In this document: piece by piece, positions 28,396 to 37,404 of the stretch
Layout: each line of letters begins with the position of its first letter
How positions within the stretch are numbered: the first letter of the stretch is position 1
From: a virus
DNA length: 64,000 bases
Strand: one strand, 5' to 3'
IMG/VR virus record: IMGVR_UViG_3300040856_003054
Coordinates: 1 to 64,000 of that record
Position numbers and translations under genes: made by a program
The notes under the pieces: generated by a model
Databases searched by the model: none
Seen by the model: only the letters and a program-made list of their open reading frames with translations
Told to the model about the DNA's origin: nothing

Positions 28396-28731
28396 ATGAA
28401 AATTCCACATCCATCAATTAAAGATTATAATTTAAATCTTGAAAGTTTACTTGGTCCAGAGAATGCAGTATTCTTTCGAGGTAGAGTTACAAGTAAAAAT
28501 GAAATTAATCTTCCAAGTTATTGGGAAGCATTCGTAGAGCAAACAACAATTTCTGTTCACCTAACTCCTATTGGTGCTCATCAGAATGTAATCGTAAAAC
28601 GTATTGGTGAGAATAAAGTGTTTCTTCAAGCAAGCGGTGGTATGCCCATTGATTGCTATTACCTAGTCATCGGTGAGCGCAATGATGTGCCACGTCTCAA
28701 AGCGGAACAGAGGGTTGCCACAGAGGACTGA
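28396..28731 (+). CDS. Stand-alone IPHP..GPE domain protein
   Basis: Clearly similar to the C-terminus of 26038..26976. Confidence 0.75.
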   Translation: MKIPHPSIKDYNLNLESLLGPENAVFFRGRVTSKNEINLPSYWEAFVEQTTISVHLTPIGAHQNVIVKRIGENKVFLQASGGMPIDCYYLVIGERNDVPRLKAEQRVATED

Positions 28732-28769
28732 GAGGTGCTATACTACTAAGGTAATCAAAGGACGACCGA

Positions 28770-28952
28770 ATGCAAGACGAGTACCTGACACGCTGCGTGG
28801 TAGATCCAATCAAGCGAACCGTCTACCTTTACTCTAGTGAAGGAGATGAAAAGCAAGTCACCTGTGATACGGTAGAAGAGTTTATGAGTGTGTTGGACTT
28901 TGTTCGTGCTACAGTAGATGCAGAGACACTCTCATACGCAAATCCACTTTAG
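28770..28952 (+). CDS. Conserved cyanophage hypothetical protein
   Basis: ORF after TTGCCA-N18-TATACT. Confidence 0.7.
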   Translation: MQDEYLTRCVVDPIKRTVYLYSSEGDEKQVTCDTVEEFMSVLDFVRATVDAETLSYANPL

Positions 28953-29011
28953 TTTCCAAAAAGGACCGAAAAAAATCCCGGTAAATTTTTACGCACGATA
29001 CTTTTTTTAAA

Positions 29012-29218
29012 ATGAATCCTTATCGCATTAGCTACAAAGCACTGAAAGAAGAACCAGTGAAAACCACACCAGAGAATGTAAAGGAAGCAAATGAAAACTT
29101 GTTTTGTGCGAAGTGGAATCTTCCTCAAGCAGCAAAACACTGCGGAATGTCACATAAAGAAATGAAGTTGACATTCTGGGAGTATCTGAAGTATAATCCT
29201 GTTACTTACAAAGCGTAA
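29012..29218 (+). CDS. Hypothetical protein, possibly HTH
   Basis: WNLPQAAKHCGMS. Confidence 0.7.
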   Translation: MNPYRISYKALKEEPVKTTPENVKEANENLFCAKWNLPQAAKHCGMSHKEMKLTFWEYLKYNPVTYKA

Positions 29219-29225
29219 GTTTTTT

Positions 29226-29298
29226 GCCCGTGTAGTCCAGCGGCAGAGACAGGGCGCTTAAAACGCCTCCAGGGTCGGTTCGAATCCGACCACGGGTA
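29226..29298 (+). tRNA. tRNA-Leu(UAA), short variable loop
   Basis: Acceptor GCCCGTG/CACGGGT, anticodon loop CTTAAAA, T arm GTCGG-TTCGAAT-CCGAC. Confidence 0.92.
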
Positions 29299-29394
29299 CT
29301 AAATAATAATACCTGTGACCGGCAAACTTACAGGAGGAGGGTGAAAGTCCCTCCATTTTAATATAAATAATAATGCCGGTTACAGAGTAGAATT
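29299..29394 (+). ncRNA. Endonuclease-associated sRNA/leader cassette 1
   Basis: TAAATA; arm 29313-29324 complementary to 29374-29385; GGAGGG/CCCTCC hairpin; TATAAATA at 29362. Confidence 0.7.
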
Positions 29395-30087
29395 ATGTCT
29401 AATAGAAAATATTTTTATGTTTATTATTCTTATGAACCTTGGGGAAGAGGATACATAGGAAAAAGAGAATGTTGGTGTCTACCTGAAGAAGATATAAAAT
29501 ATTTTGGAAGTTTTACTGATAAAACATTCAATCCAAAAGAAAAAATTATATTACAAACTTTTGATACCAGAAAGGAGTCTTATGAAGCGGAAGAAAAATT
29601 GCATAAATTCTATGATGTGAAAAATAATCCACATTTTGCAAACAGAGTAAATCAATTTGCAACTGGATTTAGTCATAGGAGAAAAATATTAGATAAATCA
29701 TATAAACAAAATTTTATTGATATCGTTAAATCTTCATATTCTGTGTATGAAATTTTAATAAAATTGGGTATAAAACCTACCGGAGGAAGTAGTGTAAATA
29801 GAGTAAATTTGCTAATAAAGGAATTAAATTTAGACACTTCACATTTTAAAGTTCGTTCTAGTAAAAAAAGAAAAAAGACTCCCGAAGAAATAGAAAGAAT
29901 TAGACAAATGAATAAAGGAAATAAGTATAATCTGGGCAAAAAAAGAAGTGAGGAATCTAAAGAAAAAATGAGAAAAAGAAGAGAAGGATTGAAATGGTGG
30001 AACAATGGTAAATCAAATGTAATGAAAAAAGAATGTCCAGGAGAAGAGTGGAAACCTGGTAGATTGTATTATTGTAGAACTAAATAA
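29395..30087 (+). CDS. GIY-YIG (Seg-like) endonuclease, YVYYSYE subfamily
   Basis: YVYYSYEPWGRGYIG..YFGS; NUMOD3-like and WWNNG C-terminal modules. Confidence 0.85.
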   Translation: MSNRKYFYVYYSYEPWGRGYIGKRECWCLPEEDIKYFGSFTDKTFNPKEKIILQTFDTRKESYEAEEKLHKFYDVKNNPHFANRVNQFATGFSHRRKILDKSYKQNFIDIVKSSYSVYEILIKLGIKPTGGSSVNRVNLLIKELNLDTSHFKVRSSKKRKKTPEEIERIRQMNKGNKYNLGKKRSEESKEKMRKRREGLKWWNNGKSNVMKKECPGEEWKPGRLYYCRTK

Positions 30088-30098
30088 AATCAAAACCA

Positions 30099-30386
30099 AT
30101 GAAATATAAGATTTCTTTTTCTTATAATTGGTATGAAAGTGAGGAAGGTAGAGATATTATAAAAACATATTATATTAGTGGAGTTGCGTTTACTTTCGAT
30201 AATGTCTCTCCCATTTTTCAAGACCATCCAGAAATAATAATCCAAGCAAATCAAAATCTCACATATACACCAGAGTACTTTTACCAAAAATCATTTTATT
30301 TAATAAGTGAAGAGTGTCATCCACTGTTATTTGAGTTGGATATAGAAAATCCAGAAATGCTTGAAGAACTTGACAGTTTATCATAA
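30099..30386 (+). CDS. Hypothetical protein
   Basis: 95-aa ORF. Confidence 0.65.
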   Translation: MKYKISFSYNWYESEEGRDIIKTYYISGVAFTFDNVSPIFQDHPEIIIQANQNLTYTPEYFYQKSFYLISEECHPLLFELDIENPEMLEELDSLS

Positions 30387-30398
30387 ATACTTTATAAT
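30370..30398 (+). promoter_or_regulatory. Consensus sigma70 promoter for the tRNA
   Basis: TTGACA-N17-TATAAT. Confidence 0.9.
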
Positions 30399-30407
30399 CT
30401 TTTTATT

Positions 30408-30492
30408 GCTGGAGTTAGCGTAGAGGTCGAACGCACCGGTTTTGTAATCCGGATCCGAAAGGGCATCGCAGGTTCAAATCCTGTCTCCAGCT
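30408..30492 (+). tRNA. tRNA-Thr(UGU) with long variable arm
   Basis: Acceptor GCTGGAG/CTCCAGC, anticodon loop TTTGTAA, V arm TCC-GAAA-GGG, T arm GCAGG-TTCAAAT-CCTGT. Confidence 0.85.
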
Positions 30493-30511
30493 TGAGTTCT
30501 TTATAACTCCA

Positions 30512-30670
30512 ATGTCACTTATTTCACAACAAGACCGTCAAATGGTCATTGAAGCACTTGAATATTATGTTCAAAAACTTAAGGACGATAATTGCACAGA
30601 TGCTTCCATTACAGCATTCCAAACACTCCTTAACTGGGTCGAACTTGAGCATTTCAAGCATGAAGATTAA
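30512..30670 (+). CDS. Hypothetical protein
   Basis: Manual translation MSLISQQDRQMVIEALEYY... Confidence 0.6.
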   Translation: MSLISQQDRQMVIEALEYYVQKLKDDNCTDASITAFQTLLNWVELEHFKHED

Positions 30671-30833
30671 TTTATGGTTCTGTCCAGAGATGAATCAGTG
30701 GCGGTGGACGCTAACAGATTCTTCTCGTCCTATTCGTAAACAAGAATCTGGACAGAGACCATTTCTTCGTGATGCAATGAATGATGTTGCAAATACTGTA
30801 GAATATATGTTAGAATGCAAACAAAGTGAGTAA
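30660..30833 (+). CDS. Conserved cyanophage hypothetical protein
   Basis: MKINLWFCPEMNQWRWTL..QESG..AMNDVA. Confidence 0.7.
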   Translation: MKINLWFCPEMNQWRWTLTDSSRPIRKQESGQRPFLRDAMNDVANTVEYMLECKQSE

Positions 30834-30843
30834 AAATACTTAG

Positions 30844-31464
30844 ATGAAATCAGATTTTTATATAGATAGAGTAGGTAAAGAAGAAATCAAAGAACTTCTT
30901 TATACTCATCACTATCTTAAAGACGAATCAAAGGATTTTAAAAGTGGATATAATTACTCACTTTACCGCAAGTCATTCACAGACATCCTTAATATTGGCG
31001 GCAGTATTGGTGCTTGCGTTTTCAGCACTCTCCCAGTTCCAGAAATAGCAGTTGGTGCTTTTGGTTTACAAAGAAACCAGCAAGAGGGTATCTACGAACT
31101 CTCACGTTTGTGTATTCATCCAGATGTTCAAAAAGAAGAGTATAATATTACATCTTGGTTCGTCAGTCGTTGTATAAGGAGATTTAGAAAAGATGCCACA
31201 GTTCGTGCTATTCTTAGTTATGCTGACTTTTCTCACCACACTGGAGTCATATATCGTGCAACAAATTTCAAGTATTACGGTCTGACCGATAAGAAATCTG
31301 ATTTCTGGATTAAGCAATCCGATGGTTCATACATTAAACATTCAAGAGGACCAACAAAAGGTGTAGAGGGTGAGTGGAGAGAGCGTAGTCGCAAACATAG
31401 ATACTTAATGATATTTGATAAGGATCTGAAAAAAAGGTTGACATGGAAAGAAGAGAAGTGGTAA
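30844..31464 (+). CDS. Mom-like GNAT-fold DNA modification protein
   Basis: HHYL, YELSRL, ILSYAD..HTGVIYRATNF..G, KHRY. Confidence 0.75.
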   Translation: MKSDFYIDRVGKEEIKELLYTHHYLKDESKDFKSGYNYSLYRKSFTDILNIGGSIGACVFSTLPVPEIAVGAFGLQRNQQEGIYELSRLCIHPDVQKEEYNITSWFVSRCIRRFRKDATVRAILSYADFSHHTGVIYRATNFKYYGLTDKKSDFWIKQSDGSYIKHSRGPTKGVEGEWRERSRKHRYLMIFDKDLKKRLTWKEEKW

Positions 31465-31489
31465 AATAGTATGGTGTGAAGGAAGTGCG

Positions 31490-31523
31490 AAAGAGGAAAT
31501 CCTTATGGGGTTTCCTCTTTTTT
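31490..31523 (+). terminator. Intrinsic terminator
   Basis: AAAGAGGAAATCC..GGGGTTTCCTCTTT plus T tract. Confidence 0.85.
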
Positions 31524-31566
31524 CTTGTGATAAATAATCTATAATAGAACTTATCGTGCAAGCAAA

Positions 31567-34500
31567 ATGCCATTGTCAAGATTAGATAATTTCCTGAAGA
31601 ATGCGCGTGGAAATATCCTTTATGTAAATCCAAATGATTTAGATGCAACAGATAGCATTGAAAATCAGGGTAATTCACTTGCCCGACCCTTTAAAACAAT
31701 TCAACGTGCTTTAGTTGAGGCATCAAGATTTTCATATCAGAGAGGTCTTGATAATGATAGATTTGGTCAAACAACAATTCTTGTATATCCTGGCGATCAT
31801 TTAATTGACAATAGACCTGGATGGATTCCGGATGGTGCAAGTAGTTTTAAACTTAGAAATGGAACCACGTCAAGTGATTTCCCTCAGTTTGATTTATCGA
31901 CTAACTTTGATCTGACGACTGATGGTAATGCACTCTACAAACTTAACAGTATTTACGGTGGTGTAATTATTCCAAGAGGTACTTCTCTTGTTGGTCTTGA
32001 TCTCCGTAAGACCAAAATTCGTCCAAAGTATATTCCAAATCCTGAGAATGATAATATTGAAAGATCTGCAATTTTCAGAGTAACTGGTGCATGTTACTTT
32101 TGGCAGTATTCAATTCTTGATGGTGATCCAAGTAGCGTAGTATATAAAGATTATACAACTAACACATTTGTTCCTAACTTCTCTCACCACAAACTCACCT
32201 GTTTTGAGTATGCTGATGGAACTAATCCAGTAGATATTGATGATGCTTTCCTAACTTATAGTACAACCAGAACTGATCTGGACATTTACTATGAGAAGGT
32301 AGGACTTGCATATGGTCCTTCTTCTGGACGTGAAATCGAACCAGATTATCCTTCATCTTCACTTGATATTCAACCAAAGATTGATGAATTTCGTATTGTT
32401 GGTCCAACAGGCGGTGAAGTTGGTATCAGTAGCATCAGAGCAGGTGATGGAGTAACATCATCCACAGTGATCACTGTCACAACTACTGATGTATTTGAGC
32501 AACTTGCTGTTGATACTGCAATTCAAGTTAATGGAATTACTGCAACTGGATATGATGGTCAGTATGTTGTAACTGATGTTGTTAGTGCAAATGAATTTAA
32601 GTATCAGGTATCTTCTGCACCTTCAAATCCACTTCCAACACCAACAGGAGCAACAGTAAATCTTTCTGTTGATACAGTTTCTTCTGCTTCTCCATATATC
32701 TTTAACGTATCACTAAGATCCGTTTATGGTATGTGTGGTCTTCATGCAGATGGAGATAAGGCAGATGGATTCAAGTCAATGGTTGTTGCTCAATTCACTG
32801 GAATTGGACTACAAAAAGATAACAATGCATTTGTAAAATATGATCCAAATAGTGGAACATATAAGGATTCCACTTTTGCTGGAAATGAGAACATTCATAG
32901 TGATTCATTAGCAGTTTATAAACCAACATACGAAAACTACCATATTAAGTGTTCAAATAATTCATTCCTACAGATTGTTTCTGTATTTGCGATTGGATTT
33001 GCACAACACTTTGTTGGAGAAACTGGTGGAGATCAATCAATCACCAACTCTAACTCTAACTTCGGTGCTAAATCACTGATTGCATCTGGTTTCAGAAAGG
33101 ATGCATTTTCTAGAGATGATGTTGGTTACATTACTCATGTCATTCCACCAAAAGAACTCACTACTCCAACTACAAACATTGAATTTGATGCAATTGATGT
33201 TGCAGCAACTGTTGGAGTTGCATCAACCAATCGTCTATACTTATATAATAGAACTAACGAAGACGTTAGACCGGATAATGTTATCGAAGGATATCGTATT
33301 GGTGCAAAAGAAAATGATTCTATTCAGTGTCTGATCTCTCAAGGTGGGTCACCTATTGAGTATTCGGCAAGAATCATTATTCCTAATACTCAATTTACAT
33401 CTGATGAAGTAACTTCAGAAAAGAAATTTGTAGTAGGAAGATCTTCAGGTATCAATAGCATTTCTTCTAACGTTATTACTCTTACAAGACCACATAGTTT
33501 TATTGAAGGTGAATCAATTCGCTTCTTAAGTGATACTGGACAACTTCCTGATGGACTTGAGAATAATAGAATTTATTACTCAATTACTAGTGGCATCAAC
33601 ACAGATCAAATTAAGGTTGCAAAGACACTTAATGATGCGCTAAATGACCAAGAACTTACGATTAATAATAAGGGTGGATCAATCAATGTAGTTTCTAGAG
33701 TTTCTGACAAGAATTCTGGAGACATTGGACATCCAATTCAATATGATTCTTTACAAAGTCAATGGTATATTAACGTTGCAACTGCATCAACTGATAATAA
33801 TCTATACTCAACTATTGTATCTCTTGGTTCTTCTGTTCTTGGTGCCGCAACTCCAAGAACTTATATCACAAGACAACCAGATACAAGAAACCTTGCAGAT
33901 ACAATTTATAAAGTTAGATATGTAATTCCTTCTGGTTCTGGTATCACTTCTGCAAGACCTCCAATTGATGGATTTGTTATTCAGGAATCTGGTGATACTT
34001 CAGGAGCAACAAATGCTGAGGTTCAAAGTTACTTCAGTCCAACAACAGTTTCTCTGTCAAATGTAAGTGAGCAAAGAAACTTCAAGTTCATTTCAAATGT
34101 AACTTGGGATGGTACTTTTGCATATTATCAAACTGAACTTCCTCATAATCTATCTGTAGGATCTGTTGTTGAAGTTCTGAATGTAACCAGTACAAATAAC
34201 ACGACTGGTATTGCAAGTGCTGCATTTAACAATACATTTAATGTTGTCGGTGTCAGTAGTGCCAAGTCATTCCAAGTTGCTCTTGGAGAGAATCCTGGAA
34301 CGTTCACAAACGATCTTTCAAGTAGAACAACGTCTCTTCCAACATTTAGACGTAAGAGATTTAACGATACCTATTACATCTATCGTTCTCAAGAGATTCA
34401 ACGATATGTTCCAGGTGAGCAAGATGGTGTCTATCACTTAGTTGTTCTAAATGCATCTAACAAACCAACAGTAACACCATTCTCTGGACAAAACTTCTCA

Positions 34501-37404
34501 CAACCTGTTCAGAATCTATATCCACAAACCAATCGTGATAATCCTGCATCTGATCCACAGGAATCTGTGTCTTATGCAGTAGCAACTCCAGTTGGTCAGG
34601 TTGTAATTGATGATCCAAAGCACAGTGTTACAAAAGAAACAATTAACAAGAATCTAGATGATATTAATGTAGGTTTTGGAATTACTAATATTGTTTCAAA
34701 TGTAGCAGGAACTGCACATACCATCTATACAAATATTGATCATGGACTAAACAGAATCACATCAGTAAGTATTGCAAGTAGTGGTACTGGTTATGGTAGT
34801 GGATCTGCAGTATCACTTTATAATGCACGTCTTGTAGGATTTGCTGGTTCTACAACAGGTAACTATGCAACTGCAAGAATTACTGTTGATGGAATTGGTG
34901 GAATCACTGCTGTCAAGATTATGGACGGTGGTTCTGCATATGGTATTGGTAATACTCTTGCTGTTGTCGGTGTTGCAACCACTGCAGGATTTGTACAAGG
35001 TTATGTTACTGTTACTGATATCTATGATAACACTGGTGATGTAGTCAGAATTACTGGCGTATCATCTGAATCACTATCACACTATAACCAACTCTATAGA
35101 GTCACTTCTGTTCCTGTTGGAGCAACTAAAGAAATCATCGTTGCTTCTGCATCAACAGTTGGTAATGCACATACAACAGGAATCGGTGCAGATTTAACAA
35201 CAGATGCTTTTGGATATCTTACTGGTGAAGCACTCAATGTAACTTCTCTTGTTTATGATAATGTTTCTGGTCTTGCAACAGTTACGACTGCACAGAGACA
35301 TGGACTTCGTGTTGATAACAAGGTTCGTATTGCAGGTGCTGATAATGCCTTCTATAATCGTGATTTTATTGTTACTAGAAATACTGATCTGAATAATTTT
35401 GTAATGAATATTGGTGTCGGAACCAATGTTCCCTCAACTTCTGGAACCATTTATGTTTACAGAAATGGTATTACTTCAAATGAAGGTAATGTGACAATTG
35501 AGAATGAAAATCTTGGTGGTCGTCAGGTTGTAGAATATGCAGGCATTACTACAACACTATCTGCAGTTATCTCAAGTGCATCTACTACTGATATTGAGAT
35601 TCAAGATATTTCCACACTAGATATCAACATTGGTGATTATCTGTTGATTGATGATGAAATTGTAAGAGTTAAGACAACTGTAACTGCAAATCCAATCTCA
35701 GTGTTCAGAGGTGTTCTTGGAACAAGAGCAACGACGCATGTTATTAATAGTGTGGTTAGAAGAATTCGCGTAAATCCCGTTGAGTTTAGAAGAAACTCTA
35801 TTCTTCGTGCATCGGGTCATACCTTTGAGTATCTTGGTTATGGTCCTGGTAACTACTCAACTGCGCTTCCTGAAAGACAGGATAGACAACTTTCTTCAGC
35901 AGAAGAATTTCTATCACAATCCATCAAGTATGATGGTGGTATCGTCGTTTACACTGGTATGAACAGTGATGGCGACTTTTATATTGGTAATAAGAAAGTC
36001 AGTTCTGCAACAGGTCAAGAAGAAGTATTTGATGCACCAATTCCTACAGTTACTGGTGAAGATATTGCACCAACTGGAGTTAGTGTTGGATTTGATGTTC
36101 TTTCACCACTTGAGGTTTCGATTAGTCGTTCACTCAGAGTTGAAGGTGGTCCAGATAACAACATCATTTCTGAATTTGATGGACCTGTTATTCTAAACAA
36201 CAAACTGACTTCCACATCTGATAAAGGTATGGAAGCGGCGTCAATCTTCCTACAAGGTGATGCTACAGTTTCTAGAAAGTTCACGGTAGGTATTACAACT
36301 CCTTCACTTTCTGGTAATCCTGGTGATGTTGTTTATAATGCAAGACCTGATCGAGGGGGAAATCTTGGATGGGTTTATACAAATCAAAACGACTGGTATC
36401 GTTTTGGATATATAAGTCTATCTCAAGATAAAAATATAGCAATTTTTGATCAGGTTGGTGTTGGAACAACTGCAAGAATTCCTGGTGATAATACTTTCCA
36501 AGTCGGTTCAGGTTCTTCTGAGTTCTTTGTCAGCGGATCTGGTGAGGTTGGTATAGGAACAACTTCAACTCAAGGATATAAAGTATTTGTTGATGGTAGT
36601 GTATATGGAACATTCGTTGGAGATGGTGCAGGATTAACAAATCTTGATAGTATTTGGGCAGAAGATCTAACTTCAAACTGGATATACACTAGAGATAATG
36701 TAGATTTTAAAGTCGGAATTGGTACAAGCATTGGAGTTACAGCACAACTTGAAATTGCAGGAACTGCTGCAACATCACTTTATGTAAAAAATGGATCAAG
36801 ATTTATTTCCACAGCAAACTTTGAATCTGAAGTTTCTATTGGTGGAACTTTAACTGCTACCAAGTTTAGGTTAGATAGTCCTACAAGTGGGTATATTCGA
36901 AGTGGAGTTACTACATCATCAATTATCCATGTTGGAACTTCAGGAACAACATTCAATGCAAGTGTTTCTACTGGTAATGTTGGTATTGGAACTTCTGTTG
37001 CCAGAGCAAAACTTGATGTAGAAGGAACTGTAAGATTTAAAACTTACTTTGAAGCGGTACATCAATTAAGCATAAGTTCTGGTGTGGTTACGGTAGATTT
37101 ATCTAAAGCAAGATCATTTACATTAAATGTAAATGAAAATATTACTCAGTTCACACTAACTAATCCACCAACAGATGCTACATCATTTACACTCAAGATA
37201 ACCCAAGATTCTACTGGTGGTCACAATGTCGGTATTGATACATTCAAGACATCAGGTGGTGTTACTATTCCTGTATATTGGCCAGGTGGTGGTGTTCTAC
37301 CTATTGTTACGACGACAGCAGATAGAACTGACATCTATTCATTCATGACTTTTGATGGTTGTAGTTCTCTCTATGGTGTAATTGGAGGTCAGAACTTCTC
37401 ATGA
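31567..37404 (+). CDS. Large tail fibre/virion structural protein
   Basis: 1945 aa; MPLSRLDNFL..RPFKTIQRAL, VGIGT repeats. Confidence 0.85.
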   Translation: MPLSRLDNFLKNARGNILYVNPNDLDATDSIENQGNSLARPFKTIQRALVEASRFSYQRGLDNDRFGQTTILVYPGDHLIDNRPGWIPDGASSFKLRNGTTSSDFPQFDLSTNFDLTTDGNALYKLNSIYGGVIIPRGTSLVGLDLRKTKIRPKYIPNPENDNIERSAIFRVTGACYFWQYSILDGDPSSVVYKDYTTNTFVPNFSHHKLTCFEYADGTNPVDIDDAFLTYSTTRTDLDIYYEKVGLAYGPSSGREIEPDYPSSSLDIQPKIDEFRIVGPTGGEVGISSIRAGDGVTSSTVITVTTTDVFEQLAVDTAIQVNGITATGYDGQYVVTDVVSANEFKYQVSSAPSNPLPTPTGATVNLSVDTVSSASPYIFNVSLRSVYGMCGLHADGDKADGFKSMVVAQFTGIGLQKDNNAFVKYDPNSGTYKDSTFAGNENIHSDSLAVYKPTYENYHIKCSNNSFLQIVSVFAIGFAQHFVGETGGDQSITNSNSNFGAKSLIASGFRKDAFSRDDVGYITHVIPPKELTTPTTNIEFDAIDVAATVGVASTNRLYLYNRTNEDVRPDNVIEGYRIGAKENDSIQCLISQGGSPIEYSARIIIPNTQFTSDEVTSEKKFVVGRSSGINSISSNVITLTRPHSFIEGESIRFLSDTGQLPDGLENNRIYYSITSGINTDQIKVAKTLNDALNDQELTINNKGGSINVVSRVSDKNSGDIGHPIQYDSLQSQWYINVATASTDNNLYSTIVSLGSSVLGAATPRTYITRQPDTRNLADTIYKVRYVIPSGSGITSARPPIDGFVIQESGDTSGATNAEVQSYFSPTTVSLSNVSEQRNFKFISNVTWDGTFAYYQTELPHNLSVGSVVEVLNVTSTNNTTGIASAAFNNTFNVVGVSSAKSFQVALGENPGTFTNDLSSRTTSLPTFRRKRFNDTYYIYRSQEIQRYVPGEQDGVYHLVVLNASNKPTVTPFSGQNFSQPVQNLYPQTNRDNPASDPQESVSYAVATPVGQVVIDDPKHSVTKETINKNLDDINVGFGITNIVSNVAGTAHTIYTNIDHGLNRITSVSIASSGTGYGSGSAVSLYNARLVGFAGSTTGNYATARITVDGIGGITAVKIMDGGSAYGIGNTLAVVGVATTAGFVQGYVTVTDIYDNTGDVVRITGVSSESLSHYNQLYRVTSVPVGATKEIIVASASTVGNAHTTGIGADLTTDAFGYLTGEALNVTSLVYDNVSGLATVTTAQRHGLRVDNKVRIAGADNAFYNRDFIVTRNTDLNNFVMNIGVGTNVPSTSGTIYVYRNGITSNEGNVTIENENLGGRQVVEYAGITTTLSAVISSASTTDIEIQDISTLDINIGDYLLIDDEIVRVKTTVTANPISVFRGVLGTRATTHVINSVVRRIRVNPVEFRRNSILRASGHTFEYLGYGPGNYSTALPERQDRQLSSAEEFLSQSIKYDGGIVVYTGMNSDGDFYIGNKKVSSATGQEEVFDAPIPTVTGEDIAPTGVSVGFDVLSPLEVSISRSLRVEGGPDNNIISEFDGPVILNNKLTSTSDKGMEAASIFLQGDATVSRKFTVGITTPSLSGNPGDVVYNARPDRGGNLGWVYTNQNDWYRFGYISLSQDKNIAIFDQVGVGTTARIPGDNTFQVGSGSSEFFVSGSGEVGIGTTSTQGYKVFVDGSVYGTFVGDGAGLTNLDSIWAEDLTSNWIYTRDNVDFKVGIGTSIGVTAQLEIAGTAATSLYVKNGSRFISTANFESEVSIGGTLTATKFRLDSPTSGYIRSGVTTSSIIHVGTSGTTFNASVSTGNVGIGTSVARAKLDVEGTVRFKTYFEAVHQLSISSGVVTVDLSKARSFTLNVNENITQFTLTNPPTDATSFTLKITQDSTGGHNVGIDTFKTSGGVTIPVYWPGGGVLPIVTTTADRTDIYSFMTFDGCSSLYGVIGGQNFS

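Noticed and set aside
29299-30087. Nuclease cassettes as IS elements with terminal inverted repeats, or as introns
   Set aside because: Both complementary arms lie upstream of the ORF; no transposase motif, target duplication or group I core was seen.
30408-30492. tRNA-Tyr(GUA) reading, suggested by the long variable arm
   Set aside because: The CCGG/CCGG stem centres UGU in the loop; G1-C72, C2-G71 and U73 fit Thr.
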